Of a stretch of DNA of 64,000 bases, positions 1 through 13,600 are shown one piece after another. Position 1 is the first letter of the stretch. Each line of letters opens with the position of its first letter. The stretch is from Saccostrea echinata. Its lineage: Eukaryota. The position numbers and the translations under genes are program-made. The stretch covers positions 8,804,001-8,868,000 of the forward strand of contig NW_026889750.1 of the NCBI RefSeq assembly GCF_033153115.1, written 5' to 3'. The notes beneath the pieces are model-generated. The model did not search any database. It was not told the DNA's origin and saw only the letters and a list, made by a program, of their open reading frames with translations.

Positions 1-679
1 ATTTAATCGCAAAAGATTGTGATTAAACGCAATCTTTTGCGTTTAAACGCAATAATTTTTGCGATTAAACGCAAAAATTTTGCGTTTAAACGCAACAATC
101 TTTGCGTTTAAATGCAATAATCTTTATGTTTAAAGGCAATCATTTGTATCAAACCTATCAGAGTACAATAGACCCACGAATACTGATGTCTTTTAGTTAT
201 TTCTCTTTATTAGGAAATTGTGTGTTGTCTAGCGGTGAAACGCAATCTTTTGCGATTAAACGCAATACTTTTTTGCGGTTTAACACAATAATATTTTTGC
301 GTTTAAACGCAATAAAAAATATTTATTTCTCTGAACTGGTCGCCCGCGTGGCACAATAGTTAGAGCGTCTGCTCTAGAGTCGCGAAGTAAGGAGTTGATC
401 CTTACGTCACGGGTTCGAATCCCACTGTGGGACGTGGAGACCGGTCCTTCGGATGAGACCATATAAACTCAGGTCCCGTGTCGCAGTAGGTGTTGGCACG
501 AAAAAGATCCCTCACTGCTCAATGGCCCTGAGTGCGAGTATGGGTAAAAAAAATTTGTAGCTCTCCACCGGCAAGCGGTGGCGTCTCCATATGAGTGAAA
601 AATTCTCGAGAGGGACGTTAAACAATAATCAAACAAAACAAAACAAATTTCTCTGAACTGGCCTCAACGGGCTTCCGTA
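1..679. mobile_element. Right part of a non-autonomous IS3EU-like DNA transposon with ~21-bp palindromic internal repeats (left end outside window)
   Basis: Array of TTTGCG(T/A)TTAAACGCAA units at 1-320; terminus ...GGGCTTCCGTA at 679 has the same RTA end as the complete elements at 17791, 26032 and 53578; interrupted by a SINE. Confidence 0.6.
340..646 (+). mobile_element. tRNA-derived SINE with Nin/Deu-like central domain
   Basis: A-box-like GTGGCACAATAGTTAG and B-box GGGTTCGAATCCC; core CTTCGGATGAGACC..AAAC.CAGGTCCCGTG..AAAGATCCC; (CAAAA)n tail; exact 15-bp TSD ATTTCTCTGAACTGG at 325-339 and 647-661. Confidence 0.9.
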
Positions 680-3446
680 GTCATTTATTCTGTTGAACGA
701 TAAATACATGTTTTGCAATTAGGTGTAATGTTTTTGCTGAAATTAATTGCCTTTTCTTACAGATTTTGGTTCTCTGTTCGGATTAAGGTGTAATAAACAA
801 AGCGTGTAACAAGCATTTATCAAATTGTGCAATACTGACCAATACACATACAGATAAATATATGTATTCATTGCAAAAAACAGATTTCTTTTCACTGAAA
901 GTAAGTAAAGTAATAAATAAAGGAATAAGTGTTGAAAAATTGCACTATTTTTCCACTATTATATTTTGCATTAGAGATTCTACATAAAATGCTAAAAATC
1001 GTTAGAGCTTTAAATGATAAAACATTTTATATCAATTATTGAGTCCTCAAAAGGTATCGACATATTAATAACAACTTTTTTTCTACAAATTCTTTCCAAA
1101 AAATATACAATACTGATAGTCAATTGGTATTAAGGTATTTTGTTGTTATATATTTTTTCCCATTTAATTTTATTAAAAATTTAATTATGAAACACTGCCC
1201 AGGAAATAGTGTGCATTTGAACAACTCTAACAATGAACTATAAGGTGACCAAGATTAAAGATGAATTTTAAAAAGAGGAATATGAACTCATTGTACTGTC
1301 ACTACAGAGATCCATGTGCATAAGTGACACTGTAAAACCAGACAAAACAAAAGATAAAAACTGAATGTTTTGTTGTGTTGAAACAACGAGAAATGTATCG
1401 ATACCCAAAATATGTATCAATATTGCAACAAAACAATTTAAATCGGCGACAAATCTATATATAGAATCTATAATTTATCAATGACAGCTCTAATCGTGTC
1501 AACTTCCCTTTACGTCTGGATTACTTTCTGCTGTCATCCAAGGCAGTGTATTTGAATCAGCAAAAAAATGGGAAACATGTATATCTGCCTTGTCTATAGC
1601 AAAAGTATCTAAGTATGTAGTTTCTTTGTGTTACATTGGTAGAACACGTTAAAAATTTGACTTTTTTATTACACTAAAAAAGGAAAAAAATCTCTTTATT
1701 TACATTTCATATAAAGCCTTAAAAATTGGTGAAATTTCATCAATCCAGAAAAGAAAAATTGGTCGGTTGCTAGGGAAATTTCTTTGGCCAGGTTTCCATA
1801 GTAACAATGGCTCATAATATTTTTCCTTCCATGTACATGGCTTATAGCCTAACAGAACTCTGTGAGTGAAAAAATCATTAATTTCTGAGAACCACCATGT
1901 ATCTCCCTTTATACATATGCTGCCTGATTCTTACGTGGACCTGTACTTTAAAAATCCTTCTACCAACAATCAGACCGTTCATTTTACCTTCATAGCAAAA
2001 GAAGATCTTCGTCTCAAGTACCGTTAAAAACTCATATTTGAAAGATATACCTGTTGTATTGATGGGTTGTTACAGGTACCACATTAGAACCTCGTAAACA
2101 GTGAGTGAGCAACTGAAAGACAAGTTATGCTTACTTTTGGAGACGGAGCGACCCAATTTACATTTTTGAGGTGCTCGATGAAACGATCTACTTATACAAC
2201 ATATGAGAACGCGTTTTTCCGTTGAATCAAGTGATGGAGTCTTGCGTGATTTTGAACATGACTTGTCCGAAGTAAAATTGTTTAAAATGTCAAAAAACCT
2301 ATAAAAATTTTTTTTATATAGTTTCTTTTCCTATTCTCAATTATTTTTATCGTCTACCAAAAAATCGAACAAATCTATTCAATAGCTGTCTGATATTCAG
2401 GCGTATATGTATGAAATAATGTACTTAATCAAAATTATTCTTTAAATGTTTTATGGAGAAAATACTGATTTCACATCAAACAGCAGATGCTGGGTCGGTT
2501 GTATCTTGTATTTCTAAAAAAATATTCTATTGCTATTGCTTCCAAATTTTTTTTAATTACAAACATTTTCTATAGTGTCTTGATTGGGGCCATCTGAAAC
2601 AAAATCCTCTTACGTTTCCATGTTCTTCTTCTCCCTACAACTATAATACTGCTGGACACGTGTTACTAGTGATATGAGTATAGTTAACAAGAAAGGACAT
2701 TAATCACTCATTTTTAAAATGGGCAAAATCTAGGGACCCAGATCTTTCAAGTAATATGGTGAATTCTGTCAAGGCTTATACCCCTGGGCCCCTACCCCGA
2801 CCCCAAACTGGTTGCCCCTCCCCCCTTTTCAAGAATCCTGGGTCCGTCATAGTTATGGATAAAATCTTCAAAAAATATGTCACTTACAGAAGAGAAATAT
2901 AAAACAATAATATTTCAAAAGAAATAAAGCCGTATGAAATTAAAGAAATAACTAAAATTGAATCAATTCCGATTGAAAGTAAACTAATCCCGGCCAAAAT
3001 TGATACATTATTTAAAAAAAAAAATAAAAATAAATGAAAATTAACATTTTTTCTTGAATTTCGCATTATCATTATGATAATTTTCTTTATAGAATATCAT
3101 TTTCTTATATTTCTTTTTAATGGATGACAAGGTTTGTTGAAGATTTTATCCCTTTACTAAAAAATATTAACAAAGAATATTTTTTTTTATCATATTAATT
3201 TTTTTTTTTTTTTCATTAAAAAAAAAAGAGGTTAAACCTGACTTTTCTTGACGTTTTGCTGCGAAAGCATAATTTCCATTTTCTTCGGGGGGAAAAAACA
3301 CCAAAAATTTTACATAAATTATTATTAATTGTGAGCTGGTATCAGTCTCTCACTTTTGAAATCGACACTTTTAGAGATTTTAGTGCGTTGGGCCACATTA
3401 AAATTTAGAGTTATCTTCCCATTTGCTTACGTAGGTTTGTCGAGAT

Positions 3447-3487
3447 CACGTGTTCTTTCTCTAACACTGAACACGTTTCCGGTAAGG
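3447..3487 (+). promoter_or_regulatory. RPLP0: RPLP0 TCT initiator / 5'-TOP non-coding exon 1 (about 3455-3481)
   Basis: TTC(+1)TTTCTCT matches the YYC+1TTTYY ribosomal-protein initiator; CACGTG immediately upstream; donor G|GTAAGG at 3481/3482; matching acceptor TTTTCTGACAG ending at 7579. Confidence 0.7.
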
Positions 3488-5756
3488 CATGTGGAAAACG
3501 TGCTCCAGAAAAAGGATATCATTATCTTAACTTGTTTACCTTTTCTTGAGGATTTTTACAGCCAAAATAATTGTCTTAATTTTATTTATCTAATTTGAAG
3601 TTCTGGTCAACCACAACAGCTTACTTTAGGGAAGCCAACAGTGTGAAAGGGGGGGGGGGGGTCACTGATATTTTTCAGCGTATTGTAGAACTGACGATAT
3701 CATTAAATCTTCAAAGAAGAAGTTAAGAATATTGACTTAGGAAATGTAATTAATTCTCACGTTGATTGTTAAGGCCTTGCACTTACGGAGGCGTAGTACA
3801 GTTCCCATTGCTTTACAGGGGTGGAAGGGGGGATACAAAAATCGATTTCAAATTTTCTAATGCACAAGTATATTTAGATTTATCATATGCAGTTCGTAGG
3901 CACATCTTTTCAAAATTATTATAGTTTGGATCATTTATCTAATGACGAGTAAAACGATTTGAAAGCATATTTTTAAAGTGCACCTAGGGGCCTATATTTA
4001 GCTAATCCACCTAAAAATTAAAAAGAGGAATTTCAATGCAAATCTTTGATTTCTAGGAAGTTAAGCCCATAGAATGAAAAGAATAAGCATTCTTTTTAAG
4101 GAATTTCACACAATAAATTAAATATTGATGCCCCAAAATACCCAAACACTGACAACGTCTGTGACCCAGGAGAGCAAATCAGTGAAGATAACTATCAGAA
4201 GCATTTCGAGCGCGATTGAAATTAAGCAAAATATAGATGACTGAATTTAGCGTTTGAATAATTTTCAAGTTGGAAAAATTAAGAAATGTATTTTAAATTG
4301 CAAAAATTTCCTTATATTTATAGGTATTTTGAGCTGTCAGCACTTTATTTTCTTCAAATAATGAAATACCAACTATGTCTCTGATCCCGATGAAGACAAA
4401 ATTTTACAAAAGTCTGTGCACTTTTGTGCTACATGTTGGGGACTTCGTTTAGGCATGAAAAAATCTTAAATAATGTTTAAAATCTTTAGAAAGTAGCAAC
4501 TTTGTGCTAACACTAAAAACGTAAAGACAATCTGGAAAATAGTGTACATGCTATGCTTCATATTCAACATACATCTTCATCAAAATATACTTATCAAAAT
4601 AATTTTTTTCTATCTAAAACATAAGATTATATCGGAAAACAAAATAGCTACTTGCGTAATCTTTAATTGTCAACTGTCCTTACAGATAGATCAGAATATT
4701 CAATTTAGTATCATTGTTTACTTCACATAACAAATTCGAACATTGATGGTCGCCAGGTCACAAACACGAGTTATCTAACTTTGCAAAAAATGGTGTTAAC
4801 TGGAATAGCTACTATATTAGCTACTTATGTATACTACAGTCATTCATTCACCCCGCACATCGCTACTCTCTGTATTTACATTACTGCTGCACCTCGCACG
4901 ATATATGCACACGTGTGACAACCAGTCATTATCAGCAAGGTGTATACTTATTACATACAAAAAATAAAGAGGTAAACATGAATGCGTTAATTGAAAAGTT
5001 GATAATTTAATTCATTAACTTGTTATCCTTTTCGAAGAAAATACCCGTGTAGTAACATTGCACGATATTTCTCATCGATGTCATAGCGTTGTTGGTGGAT
5101 GAAACATGGCATATTAGGTATTGATACAACGGCAATTTTATAAGCTATCTGCTTCTGTGAGAACTAATTGTTTTTGGTAACACCTCAGATATATATTAGT
5201 TCTGGCCGCACTTGTAGCCCCCTACAGTTTTGGGGTATTTTGAACTATGTGTGTACATGACCTCAGCCAAATAAATTGCACACACTACACACTTGTTATA
5301 TGTCAGATATTTTTTATAACATTGTTTTTTTAAATGCAAGGGGTATAAAAGTAATGATTTGACAAAGCAAGAGCAAAGAAGACTAGCCCGGGTCCAGTAT
5401 ACACTTGATCAGTGTTGATCCTACGGACACATGCATGTGTACATATACGTGTATATGTATACAAGTACTTACAAGTTATGCAATGATTTATTCATACTTG
5501 ATAGTTGTGATATCTAAACATGAGTTGGTTTAATTCCTTTTCATACATTTTTTTTTATCACCATTATTATAATTTTTTTTTGGTAGCCTACTCGTAGAAT
5601 TATGATTAACATATTTATAAGTATTACATGTTCAATGTTAATTGTTTTGCATTGAAAAAAAAATTCACATGGGTAAAGAAAATTACTTAACTATATTTAC
5701 AGGACAACAATTTACAGTCAAGTAATTTCTGAAACTATTATTTTGTTGGTATTTGC

Positions 5757-6944
5757 TAGTATATAATCGAAAATCAGTCGATTGCTGGCATAATCCAAGC
5801 ACTCGATTACAAAATTTTTATTTCAATTAATCGGTTTATTTTTTATTTCAAATGCATTATAGTTTTCAAGCCAAATATTCCAGCCCCGACTTATCGGTTA
5901 CTTTATTTGTGTATCGTAATAGTGCAGAATTGTATCCGTAACCAGAGTTGTTGAAATAAAAAAAATATTCACTGGTCCATCAGCATACATGCTTAGATAC
6001 GTAAAAAAAAAAAATAATAAAAAATCTGAGAAATTGTTTTAATTCCAGTAAGGCTTAAAAAAAAATTATGTTTGTTTCCTTTAACATTCAAAAAAAAAAA
6101 AAAGAATCAAGGGTGTGTAGGTCGAAGAATTTTTTTTTTTTTTTTGATAATGAATAATAGAGTCAAACATTCCCGGACTGAATTAACCAGGTGTGATATT
6201 TACAGTGGACACCAAACATGGCTGTCTAGCGCAGAAAACAAACTTCTAAATGTTGTGGGGGGAAATGCTTGATGTAACAATAATGATTACTCTTTATATT
6301 TAAGGGAAATGATGATTAGGTTGACATATGTTATATCCCAAATAAAGCTAGTTAGACAATTAACATTTTTTGTATAAATTGAATCAATTGATTGAATAAA
6401 TACAGATAACCTATGGCAGAAAAAAATTCACCTAGGGGTAATTTGAATGGGTCTGATTTTCTTTTACCAAATTTATTAGGCCATGGCGCCGCCATTTTGT
6501 GAAAAACTAACTGTCTTAAAAGCAAAGTTTATTCTATCATACACGCAGTTTTGACAATCTCACAAATAAAACTAAATATCCACAGGTTAACATGGTTAAG
6601 AGGTTATATTCCGGAATTTTTTTTACCGGTTGCTCAGACCGATTACATGGAGAAAATTACTGGACTTTTGAAATTTTTACCAGTTTTGCCGGTGAGACTG
6701 GTGGATTTCAAAAACTCTGCATACCCTGGTAACAAAGCATCCTGGATATGGATGTATTATGGGTTCTAGTTCTACAAAATGAACGAAGGACCTGCTGGAC
6801 CACCACAAAAAGTAGTCATTTACCCATTCTTACCATTTATTTAAATAAATTAAAAGAAATTGGAAATGTCTGATTATAATCGATAATTAATTAGTTACAG
6901 TAACCCGATCTCGATTGTGAAATTCTTACCGATTCCCATCACTA
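5757..6944. mobile_element. hAT-like MITE with degenerate left TIR
   Basis: TAGT...CCGATTCCCATCACTA termini; exact 8-bp TSD GTATTTGC at 5749-5756 and 6945-6952. Confidence 0.7.
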
Positions 6945-7624
6945 GTATTTGCTTTTCTGCCATGATCTGCCTCTGAGAATGCTGTTTTATAGTGTGACTA
7001 AAGGGGGGGGGGGAGCTTTAATAACTTAATAAATAAGCAAGAACAATCAACAAGAGAATAATTCTTTTTATTTCTTTTTTTTTTTTAGGCTTTTGATAAA
7101 CAATACCAACTAATTCATTAATTATAATGTTGTTATCTGACCGTTGTTTAGCCATTTATTTGGTGATTAGAAATACCTGTAAGTGACCCGCAATACACAA
7201 TAAAGGTGATTAAATATAACCCTCGTCAAGGCTGCTGTATCGAAGATAGACTCGCCCTGTAATGCAGATCTGATTTTTCATAGAATTGGCTTTCCTTTAA
7301 TACCAAATAACCATTTATAAATTGTAAATAAAATCGTTTGCAGTCAAAATGTAAAAGGTGATTCGGAATACCCTAAATGACTGTACGTCCCTGGTGCAAC
7401 ACTGCAGTCATTCTGGGACATAAAAAAGTTTACCTTGTGTAACAAAAAAGAAGAGAAAATGTAACTGTTTGGATAGAGTTATTTTGATAGACCGAAGTGC
7501 AAGCATTTACTTATAAATAATGGGTGATGTTTGTGATGCTTAAAGCAATGCACCTAGACTAATTTTTCTTTTCTGACAGGTTTGTCTTTAAAACTGCATA
7601 AGCCGATCCCTGTACCACAGCAAG

Positions 7625-10600
7625 ATGGTCAAGGAAGACAAACCAACATGGAAGTCCAACTATTTCTTGAAAATTTCAGTAAGTTGGTAGAGTTAGCTTT
7701 TAGGTGGGAACATCGGCTATTCCAATAAACACCTAGTAAACGTGATTTCTGCTAAACTTTGTCTTAAATCAGGGTTTCAGATTGCCATCAGCCATTTGCT
7801 GATAAAAATTCAAAATGGCAGGAAAAATGAAAATTTATCTGCCGAAATGGACTATAAGTTTAACGCTGCATGAACAGACATAATAGCCGATTAAATTCTG
7901 CATGTAAAAGCCAGTCAAATTATTTATTTCCATTCAGATCCTATTAATTTTCTATTACTACTTTCTGCAACTGCAGATTTCATCAGCCAATGACAGTCGG
8001 GTATTAGATCTTGATCACCAGATCACTTCATGCTATTTCTTGCTGCTGATACGCTCCCTTACCAATATTAACATGGAGTACTGGACAAGCACATGCACCG
8101 CTGATGAATAAACTTCTCGTGGAATGTGATATTTGTGGGGCATTAAATTCTTTGATTTAGAAATTAGTTCTCATTTGAATGATGTCAATGGAACTGAAGA
8201 ATCAAAAATTAAAATAATGTTTAATAAACGGAGAAAATCACACCGAAAGAGATGCGAAGATTTCGGAGTATGTGGCTTAGCTTTAACCTTAGGTATGATG
8301 CAAAGTTTCCAAGCACAGGCAAAATGTATGATCCTCTCTTTGGCCTCGGGTAGTAGAGAGCTAGGAGTGGAGTTTGGTCTGCGCATGGCTTGAGAGAACG
8401 GGCAAGATGATAATTAAGTAGCATCACTTAATGAGAATCAGGTAAAACATGACTTTAAAATGTAAAAAAAAGCACAATTTTTTCCAAATAAAATAAATAC
8501 GATTGAGTTACACTTGTTCAGTATTTTATTCTTTTAACAATTCTTTCACCGCATAATTAAATTTACCAGACTTCATTTAATTATGCGGTGAAAGAATTGT
8601 TAAAAGAATTGTATATTTTTGACTATTAGTTGGCTAGATAGAATGTTCTATTGTTATAATAATATACGTCCTACGGTCCCTACCTGTCCAGAGACACAGA
8701 TTATTCTAACTATGAATTGGCCTATAATTTTAGGAGGTTTAGGACAGTATGGCTTATAACTTTTCTGGTAAATATGCCAGGTGTCCTATAGTTACTTATT
8801 TCAATCTGAAACCCTGTTAAATTCATGTGTAATACTTAATATATACAGTGTAGATTGTTAACTTTGTAAGTGATAGGTTCAGAATATTGATCAACTCTGA
8901 TCAAATATTTGCTGTATTCTTAATGTTTTGTATCTTCTTTTTTCACAATATTTTATTGAGTGTGTGCATGAGATGGTTTATGAAAGAGTGGAATTAGTCT
9001 GCTATAAGAGCATGAATTTTGGATGATAATTTTTGTGATTAAGATGTGTTTTCAATGCAGATGACTTCTTGAGTATTAAAAATGAATTATATAATTTATT
9101 TATAAAATTTTATTTCTTAAAAGAATGTTTTGAAATAAAAATTGCCCTGCTTTATAGAGCCTGTTAGATGAATACCCAAAGGCTTTCATTGTGAATGCTG
9201 ACAATGTGGGATCCAAACAGATGCAGCAAATTCGTCAGGCACTGAGAGGAAAAGCTGGTAAGGCATTAATTACATTAAACTAATGTCAAGGTTCTAATAA
9301 AAAAAAAATAGGTACATTAAACTAATGTCAACTTCTAATAATAAAAATAGAAGTGAAACGGTTCACCCCGGTATCGATTCATTGCAATGTCTTTTTGTTG
9401 GTTTGATACCCGTTACAAAATTTCCATTTTCAGTTCTGTTCTTGTTTTTGATCGGGATCATTGTTCAGTCATGTTTAGCATTCATCAAAAAAAAAGCTAC
9501 GTGTCATGAATAAAGTTTAAAAACATGATTCTTGAAGACTAAGAGTTTAAAAGAAAAATCTGGGTTTGACACTTAGGCACATCTAGGAGTGAAACGGTTC
9601 ATCGCGGTATCGATTCACCTCGGTATTTTTTCTCGGTTTGATACACAGTGCAAAATCTCTAATTTTCGGTTCAGTTCATTTTTCGGTCAGGATCGTCATT
9701 CAGTCGGGTTTGGCATAAGATAAAACACGTTACTCAGCATAAGTAAGTATACAGAACGGAAATTTTTGAGGACCGATAGGTTGTAAAATAATTTTTGACA
9801 GTCAAGTAATTCTAATCAATTTTTTCTAGTCAATTTGCAAATAAAATTTGTAAAGTAAGTGACTAGATTTAAGGACCCTCTCTACACTAGTGCAAAATGT
9901 TTTTTGGACATTGAGAAAATAATATTGAATAAAGGTGTAAATATTGAGCTTATATATTTAATTTTCAATATATGGTACGTGGCATTTACCCCCAGGAAAA
10001 ATGTTCAAACACAACACAGTATCAGGAACAGAAATCGCTGTTGTTTACTTCCATGGAGAAAATACATGTAAAAAATGTGTTCAATTAATTTATCTTGGCC
10101 TTTTAAAATGTTAAGAATACTTGAATTGATTACAAATTGAGTAATATACTGTAAATTTCTATTTATTGGAATTTGAATCTAAGGGCAGATCACTCTAACT
10201 GCAGAAAAATACCATAGAATCAGAACTCTTTAGTGTGCAGTGTAGAGAGGGTTCTTAATGAAAGAAAGCATAAAACAACGTTCAATTTGTTTCCTTCTAT
10301 CAAAATGTATCAAAAATAACCGCACCGAGACAAAATTATACAATACTTATCAAACTGTGAAGAAAGTGTATCGTTTCACCCCTCGGCACATCCGAATGAC
10401 CCAGTCTAGTAAATGAGTAGTAGGAGTGAAACGGTTCACCGCGGTATCGATGCACCGCGGTATTTTTTCTCGGTTTGATACACGGTGCAAAATCTCAAAT
10501 TTTCGGTTAGGTTCATTTTTCGGTCGGGATCGTTATTCAGTCGGGTTTGGCATAAGGTATAACACGTTACTCAGTATAAATAAGTATAGAAAACGTAAAT

Positions 10601-13600
10601 TTTTGATGACTGATAGCTTGTAGAATAATTTTTGACAGTCAAATAATTTTAGTCAATTTCTTCTAGTCAATTTGCAAATAAAATTCGTAAAATATGTGAC
10701 TAGATTTAGAAAAAGAAAGCATAAAACAACGTAGAATTTGTTTCCTTCTATCAAAATGTATCGTATCGAAAATAACCGAACCGAGACAAAATTATACAAT
10801 ACGTATCGAACCGTGAAGGAGGTGTATCGTTTCACCCCTAATGAGTAGTCCAGTCATGTAAGTTGTATGTGAACTTGGCCGACTAATCATGTGGATAAAA
10901 AAAATGTAAATCCTCATTTCAGTCTTTCAAATAAATATTCAAAAAACTTCTGAAGAAAATTTTTATACACTTCAGAGACATAAATGTCTCTATACAAAGT
11001 CATCATTCCACAGTCATCACTCTTGTGATGGAAAAATTCCATGCATGATGCAATAGGTATTTTTAACCATGGCTAAAGTTGAAGTCAAAACTAACTTTGT
11101 TCAGTATCAAATGCTATAAATAGTTATCAAATAAAGTATTCATTAATTAGTTCATTAACAATTAGGGTAATATTATTTTATTTAAGTTCATTGAATGTTC
11201 TTTATCTTTGATAATATTTGCATGTTCTGATTAACCCAATTCAATTGGCCGCGACCTATTAAACAGTCTATCAAAATCTTGACACATTCAACAGAGACGA
11301 TGTCTTTATTATAGTATGGTTTCAAAAGTTAAATGATTAAAATTAGCAAGTTATGAGAAGCAAGTTTGCAAGTTTAGTCAGGGTAAATGATTTAACAATC
11401 AGGGCTAATAAAAATTATGGTTGGTAGCCTGACTGGTATAGTATCATGAAAGTTAATGTCAAACCCTGAGAATCATTAACAGTCAATTCATTCTAGTCAA
11501 TCTTTTGTAGTCAATTTGCACTTAAGGGGATGAAGGACACATGGTCACATGACATCGTTGAACTACGTCATAGTCTCCATTTATATAAGTGCAAAACGTG
11601 TAAAGCATCAGTTCCTGTATAAATTTTTGACAATTTTTTTTCTTTAATTACCATCTTATATTAAAAAAAATAAAAAGTTTAACATTCTTGCAAACATTAA
11701 CAAATTATGAAAAAAGATTGATCCACTCCTCTGTTTTTTTTAAACTGCGCGTCCAACAAGTCGGTGACGTCATACACGATCTGCTAGTACAGCAAGATCA
11801 TACTCGGTGAATACAAGGGCGGTATTATTATGTAAAAACAGGTCAAAATCAGTATATGATGAAGTATTTTGAGAAACGGGGAAAACAGAAATTATTTTTG
11901 CATGGCTGATGACGGAAATCTTATGTAGGTATATCTTATTTCGCTTATTTAGCTTACGTGTGACGTCATAGTTGGTTTTTCCCGTACTCGAGAAATGTAA
12001 ACATGGCAAGTTTTTGTCCTGCTTATGTCGTCTTTAACGATGTGCTGTGCAATATTGAGGTCAGCTTCACCATTCGAAATTTTTACAGTTAATCAATAAT
12101 TTGAAGGACTTGCATTTCAACGTAAATTTAAAAATATTGAATGATAGGATTTTTTGTAAATTACGTTTTTTGTTGTTTAAGTTGTCTTAAAAAGTTCGTA
12201 ATTTTCCCTATCCAGATGCAGTGTGATATATGAAACTTGCCTTTTCGAATTTTAAACCCAATTTATACTCTGAAATATTTTAAAAGATACATGTTCACTT
12301 ACATATTTTTTATATATGCTTTAAAAATCCAATTATGGACAGAGTAATGAGCCCGAAAACATGGAGAATTAAAACTCCACTTAGATACTGTAGGGCATAA
12401 TATTTGTCAATCAATATCTCTAAAATAAGAAACCTAATGATATAACTGCTTTAAGATATGTGGGACATACTTAATAAGAAATATACAAAATATAAAAAAA
12501 ATTAAATGACAAGTATTTTTTCAGCTAAAGGTCCTTCTTCCCCTTAAATTAAACAAATGAAACAAGACAATAGACAACTTTGAATTTCTTTCCTTTAGTC
12601 AAAATGTATCCAATATGATCATACCATGACAGAATTGCAATACATATTGTATCGTGAAGGAGGCATATCATTTCACCTCTTTAAAAAAAATATTTTGAAT
12701 TTTTAAAAAAAATCATTGCTTAACATTTTGGATAAAGTAGAAGTATTGGTCATTCCAGATAAAGAGTCATGAAAAAAATCATTATTTGGAGAGGTAATTG
12801 CAGCTGTTACACGTAATACTTCTAGAACATTTTTAATTTTACTCCCATAATAATTCTTCTTCAGTTGTGTTGATGGGGAAGAATACCATGATGAGGAAGG
12901 CCATCAGAGGCCACATTGAGAAGAATCCACTTCTTGAAAAGTAAGCAGGGAGTCTTTTATATTAAAATATGAATAAAAAGTGTTTTACAAGTAAGCCAGC
13001 AAATTTTTTTTGAAAAAGTATATTTAAGAATTGGTGTTTAGTAATGGTTTTACCATTTTTTTTAGACTCCTGCCCCACATCAAGAACAATGTAGGGTTTG
13101 TGTTTTTGAAGGGTGACTTGGTTGAGACCAGAGACGTTCTCTTATCCAACAAGGTAAATAGAAATTAATTCTGTGTAACAGGCTCGAACAAAATCATGCT
13201 CAAGAACTTCATACAGTATACATGTTATACCATTATGTTGTGTGTGTTTTCCGCTAATGTAATGCACTCCCCTACTTTTGAGCAGTTTTCAGAAATTCCT
13301 CCTTACTTGTCTAATCCAAATGTACTGACTGTTTTAGGTGAAAGCTCCAGCTAAGGCAGGTGCTCTAGCTCCCCTGGATGTTAAGGTGCCGGCTCAAGCC
13401 ACCACACTGGGACCTGAGAAGACCTCCTTCTTCCAAGCTCTGCAGATCCCCACCAAGATTACAAGAGGATGCATTGAAATCTTGGTCAGTATACCTTAAT
13501 TTCAGTTTAACTGTAAGCCATGTGGGTAAGTTACCACTGACTGACTAGGATTTTATTGAAGTTTTGTAAAGTTTGATCTTGTAAAATTTATATTTTTCTG

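Larger units (their letters stand above)
9560..11468. mobile_element. Non-autonomous DNA transposon with C(A/T)GGGTTTGACA termini
   Basis: CTGGGTTTGACA at 9560 and TGTCAAACCCTG ending 11468; imperfect 5-bp flanks AAAAT/AGAAT; interrupts the old MITE. Confidence 0.6.
9348..12681 (+). mobile_element. Old copy of the 420-bp hAT MITE, split by nested insertions
   Basis: Left end TAGAAGTGAAACGGTTCACC; middle resumes about 11470-11521; right end GTGAAGGAGGCATATCATTTCACCTCT at about 12654-12681; pieces align to the intact copy at 10421-10840. Confidence 0.7.

Noticed and set aside
1766-1805. Two RFX X-box-like motifs (GTTGCTAGGGAAA, GTTTCCATAGTAAC)
   Set aside because: No linked gene start identified; such motifs are common inside bivalve repeats
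5943-6728. Possible nested element CAGAG...CCCTG flanked by GTAAC
   Set aside because: Terminal inverted repeats too divergent to support a call
8133-8427. Overlapping 68-86 aa ORFs in a GC-richer patch
   Set aside because: Inside a non-autonomous transposon; no recognisable domain or splice support
10426-10835. Duplicated small ORFs (also 32408-32817)
   Set aside because: Chance ORFs within two copies of the same MITE
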